Source: Naegleria gruberi
Lineage: Eukaryota
Assembly (NCBI GenBank): GCA_000004985.1
Contig: GG739080.1
DNA length: 8,206 nucleotides
Strand: one strand, 5' to 3'
Position 1 is the first letter of the stretch. Every line of letters starts with the position of its first letter. The translations under genes and the position numbers were made by a program. Below, piece after piece: positions 7,598-8,206 of the stretch. The notes beneath the pieces were generated by a model that ran no database searches, was not told the DNA's origin, and saw nothing but the letters and a program-made list of their open reading frames with translations.

Positions 7598-8091
7598 CAC
7601 AATCGAATTAGTGATGAAGGGGCCAAATATATAAATGAAATGAAACAACTAACATCACTTAATATTGGTTACAATGAAATTACTGTTGAAGGAGCTAAAT
7701 TCATCAGTGAAATGAAACAATTGACATCACTTTGTATTTATAACAATGAAATTAGTGATAAAGGAGCCAAATATTTAAGTGAAATGAAACAATTAACATC
7801 ACTTAATGTTTCTAACAATGAAACTAGTGATGAAGGAGCCAAACACATCAGTGAAATGAAACAATTAACATCGCTTTATATTTATGACAATCAAATTGGT
7901 GATAAAGGAGCTAAATATATAAGTGAAATGAAACAACTAACATCACTTAATATTGGTTACAATGAAATTAGTGATGAAGGGGCCAAATACATAAGTGAAA
8001 TGAAACAACTGACATTACTTTATATTTATAACAATGAAATTAGTGATAAAGGAGCCAAATATTTAAGTGAAATGAAACAATTAACATCACT
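7598..8091 (+). repeat. Second tandem array of the 72-bp LRR-coding repeat, about 6.9 units.
   Basis: The repeat-unit landmark agtgaaatgaaacaa (aatgaaatgaaacaa in the first unit) recurs at 7634, 7706, 7778, 7850, 7922, 7994 and 8066, a 72-nt period. It is near-identical to the units at 631-1089. Confidence 0.9.
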
Positions 8092-8206
8092 AAGAAAATA
8101 AGCTGATTGTACAGTAACACATCAGCAAACTTTTAACCATATCACGATGAGCGCCTCAAAGAATCATCGGGCCACATCAGTATGGTTCAGTATGGCTTGG
8201 TGTTTA

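Larger units (their letters stand above)
7592..8101 (+). pseudogene. LRR protein fragment, about 7 units of the same 24-aa repeat. It is either the displaced 3' portion of the gene interrupted at 1090 or a truncated paralog. It has no F-box, and its 3' end also breaks abruptly.
   Basis: The open frame runs from 7574 to a stop at 8099-8101, with an in-frame Met only at 7640. Nucleotide homology to the 72-bp unit resumes at about 7592. The final unit is cut after acatcact (8091) and followed by non-LRR sequence (LRK-stop). Simple excision of element plus one TSD does not restore a single reading frame with 190-1104. Confidence 0.55.

Noticed and set aside
1-8206. Interpretation as a prokaryotic defence or accessory island with a novel operon.
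   Set aside because: The content is eukaryotic throughout: F-box plus LRR proteins, NLS-like basic tracts, long Q/S/T low-complexity regions, splice-site-like motifs, very AT-rich DNA, and convergent, widely spaced genes. The coherent system here is a eukaryotic DNA transposon with cargo.

Overview
The window is AT-rich (about 30% GC by eye). It looks eukaryotic rather than prokaryotic: F-box-like plus leucine-rich-repeat (LRR) proteins, lysine-rich NLS-like tracts, Gln/Ser/Thr low-complexity runs, and intron-like splice motifs. The LRR proteins resemble the large F-box/LRR families of glomeromycete-type fungi. The ORF track ignores introns, so gene models are approximate. The main feature is a ~6.5 kb DNA transposon at about 1091-7593. 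It has 17-bp imperfect terminal inverted repeats (16/17 matching), flanked by a possible 3-bp direct repeat TTC. It has inserted into a tandem array of near-identical 72-bp LRR-coding repeats, leaving LRR fragments on both sides (190-1104 upstream, about 7592-8101 downstream). The element carries three genes. (1) 1335-2354 on the plus strand: a 339-aa protein with a 2-oxoglutarate/Fe(II) dioxygenase signature (H201-x-D203 ... H254 ... R264) and a lysine-rich C-terminal tail. I read it as a TET/JBP-like nucleic-acid-modifying dioxygenase. (2) 3469-6612 on the minus strand: a 1047-aa DDE-type transposase-like protein with a Cys/His cluster between the putative second D and the E, NLS-like basic tracts and an acidic tail. 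It is reminiscent of CACTA/Plavaka/KDZ-class transposases. (3) 6746-7384 on the minus strand: a 212-aa protein of unknown function. A TET/JBP-like gene riding on a KDZ/CACTA-like transposon matches a configuration described in basidiomycete fungi. The most interesting items here are this particular element, its exact boundaries and its insertion context. The 3' end of the downstream LRR array, at about 8091, also breaks at the same phase of the repeat unit and runs into GC-richer non-LRR sequence. That suggests a second insertion or rearrangement.
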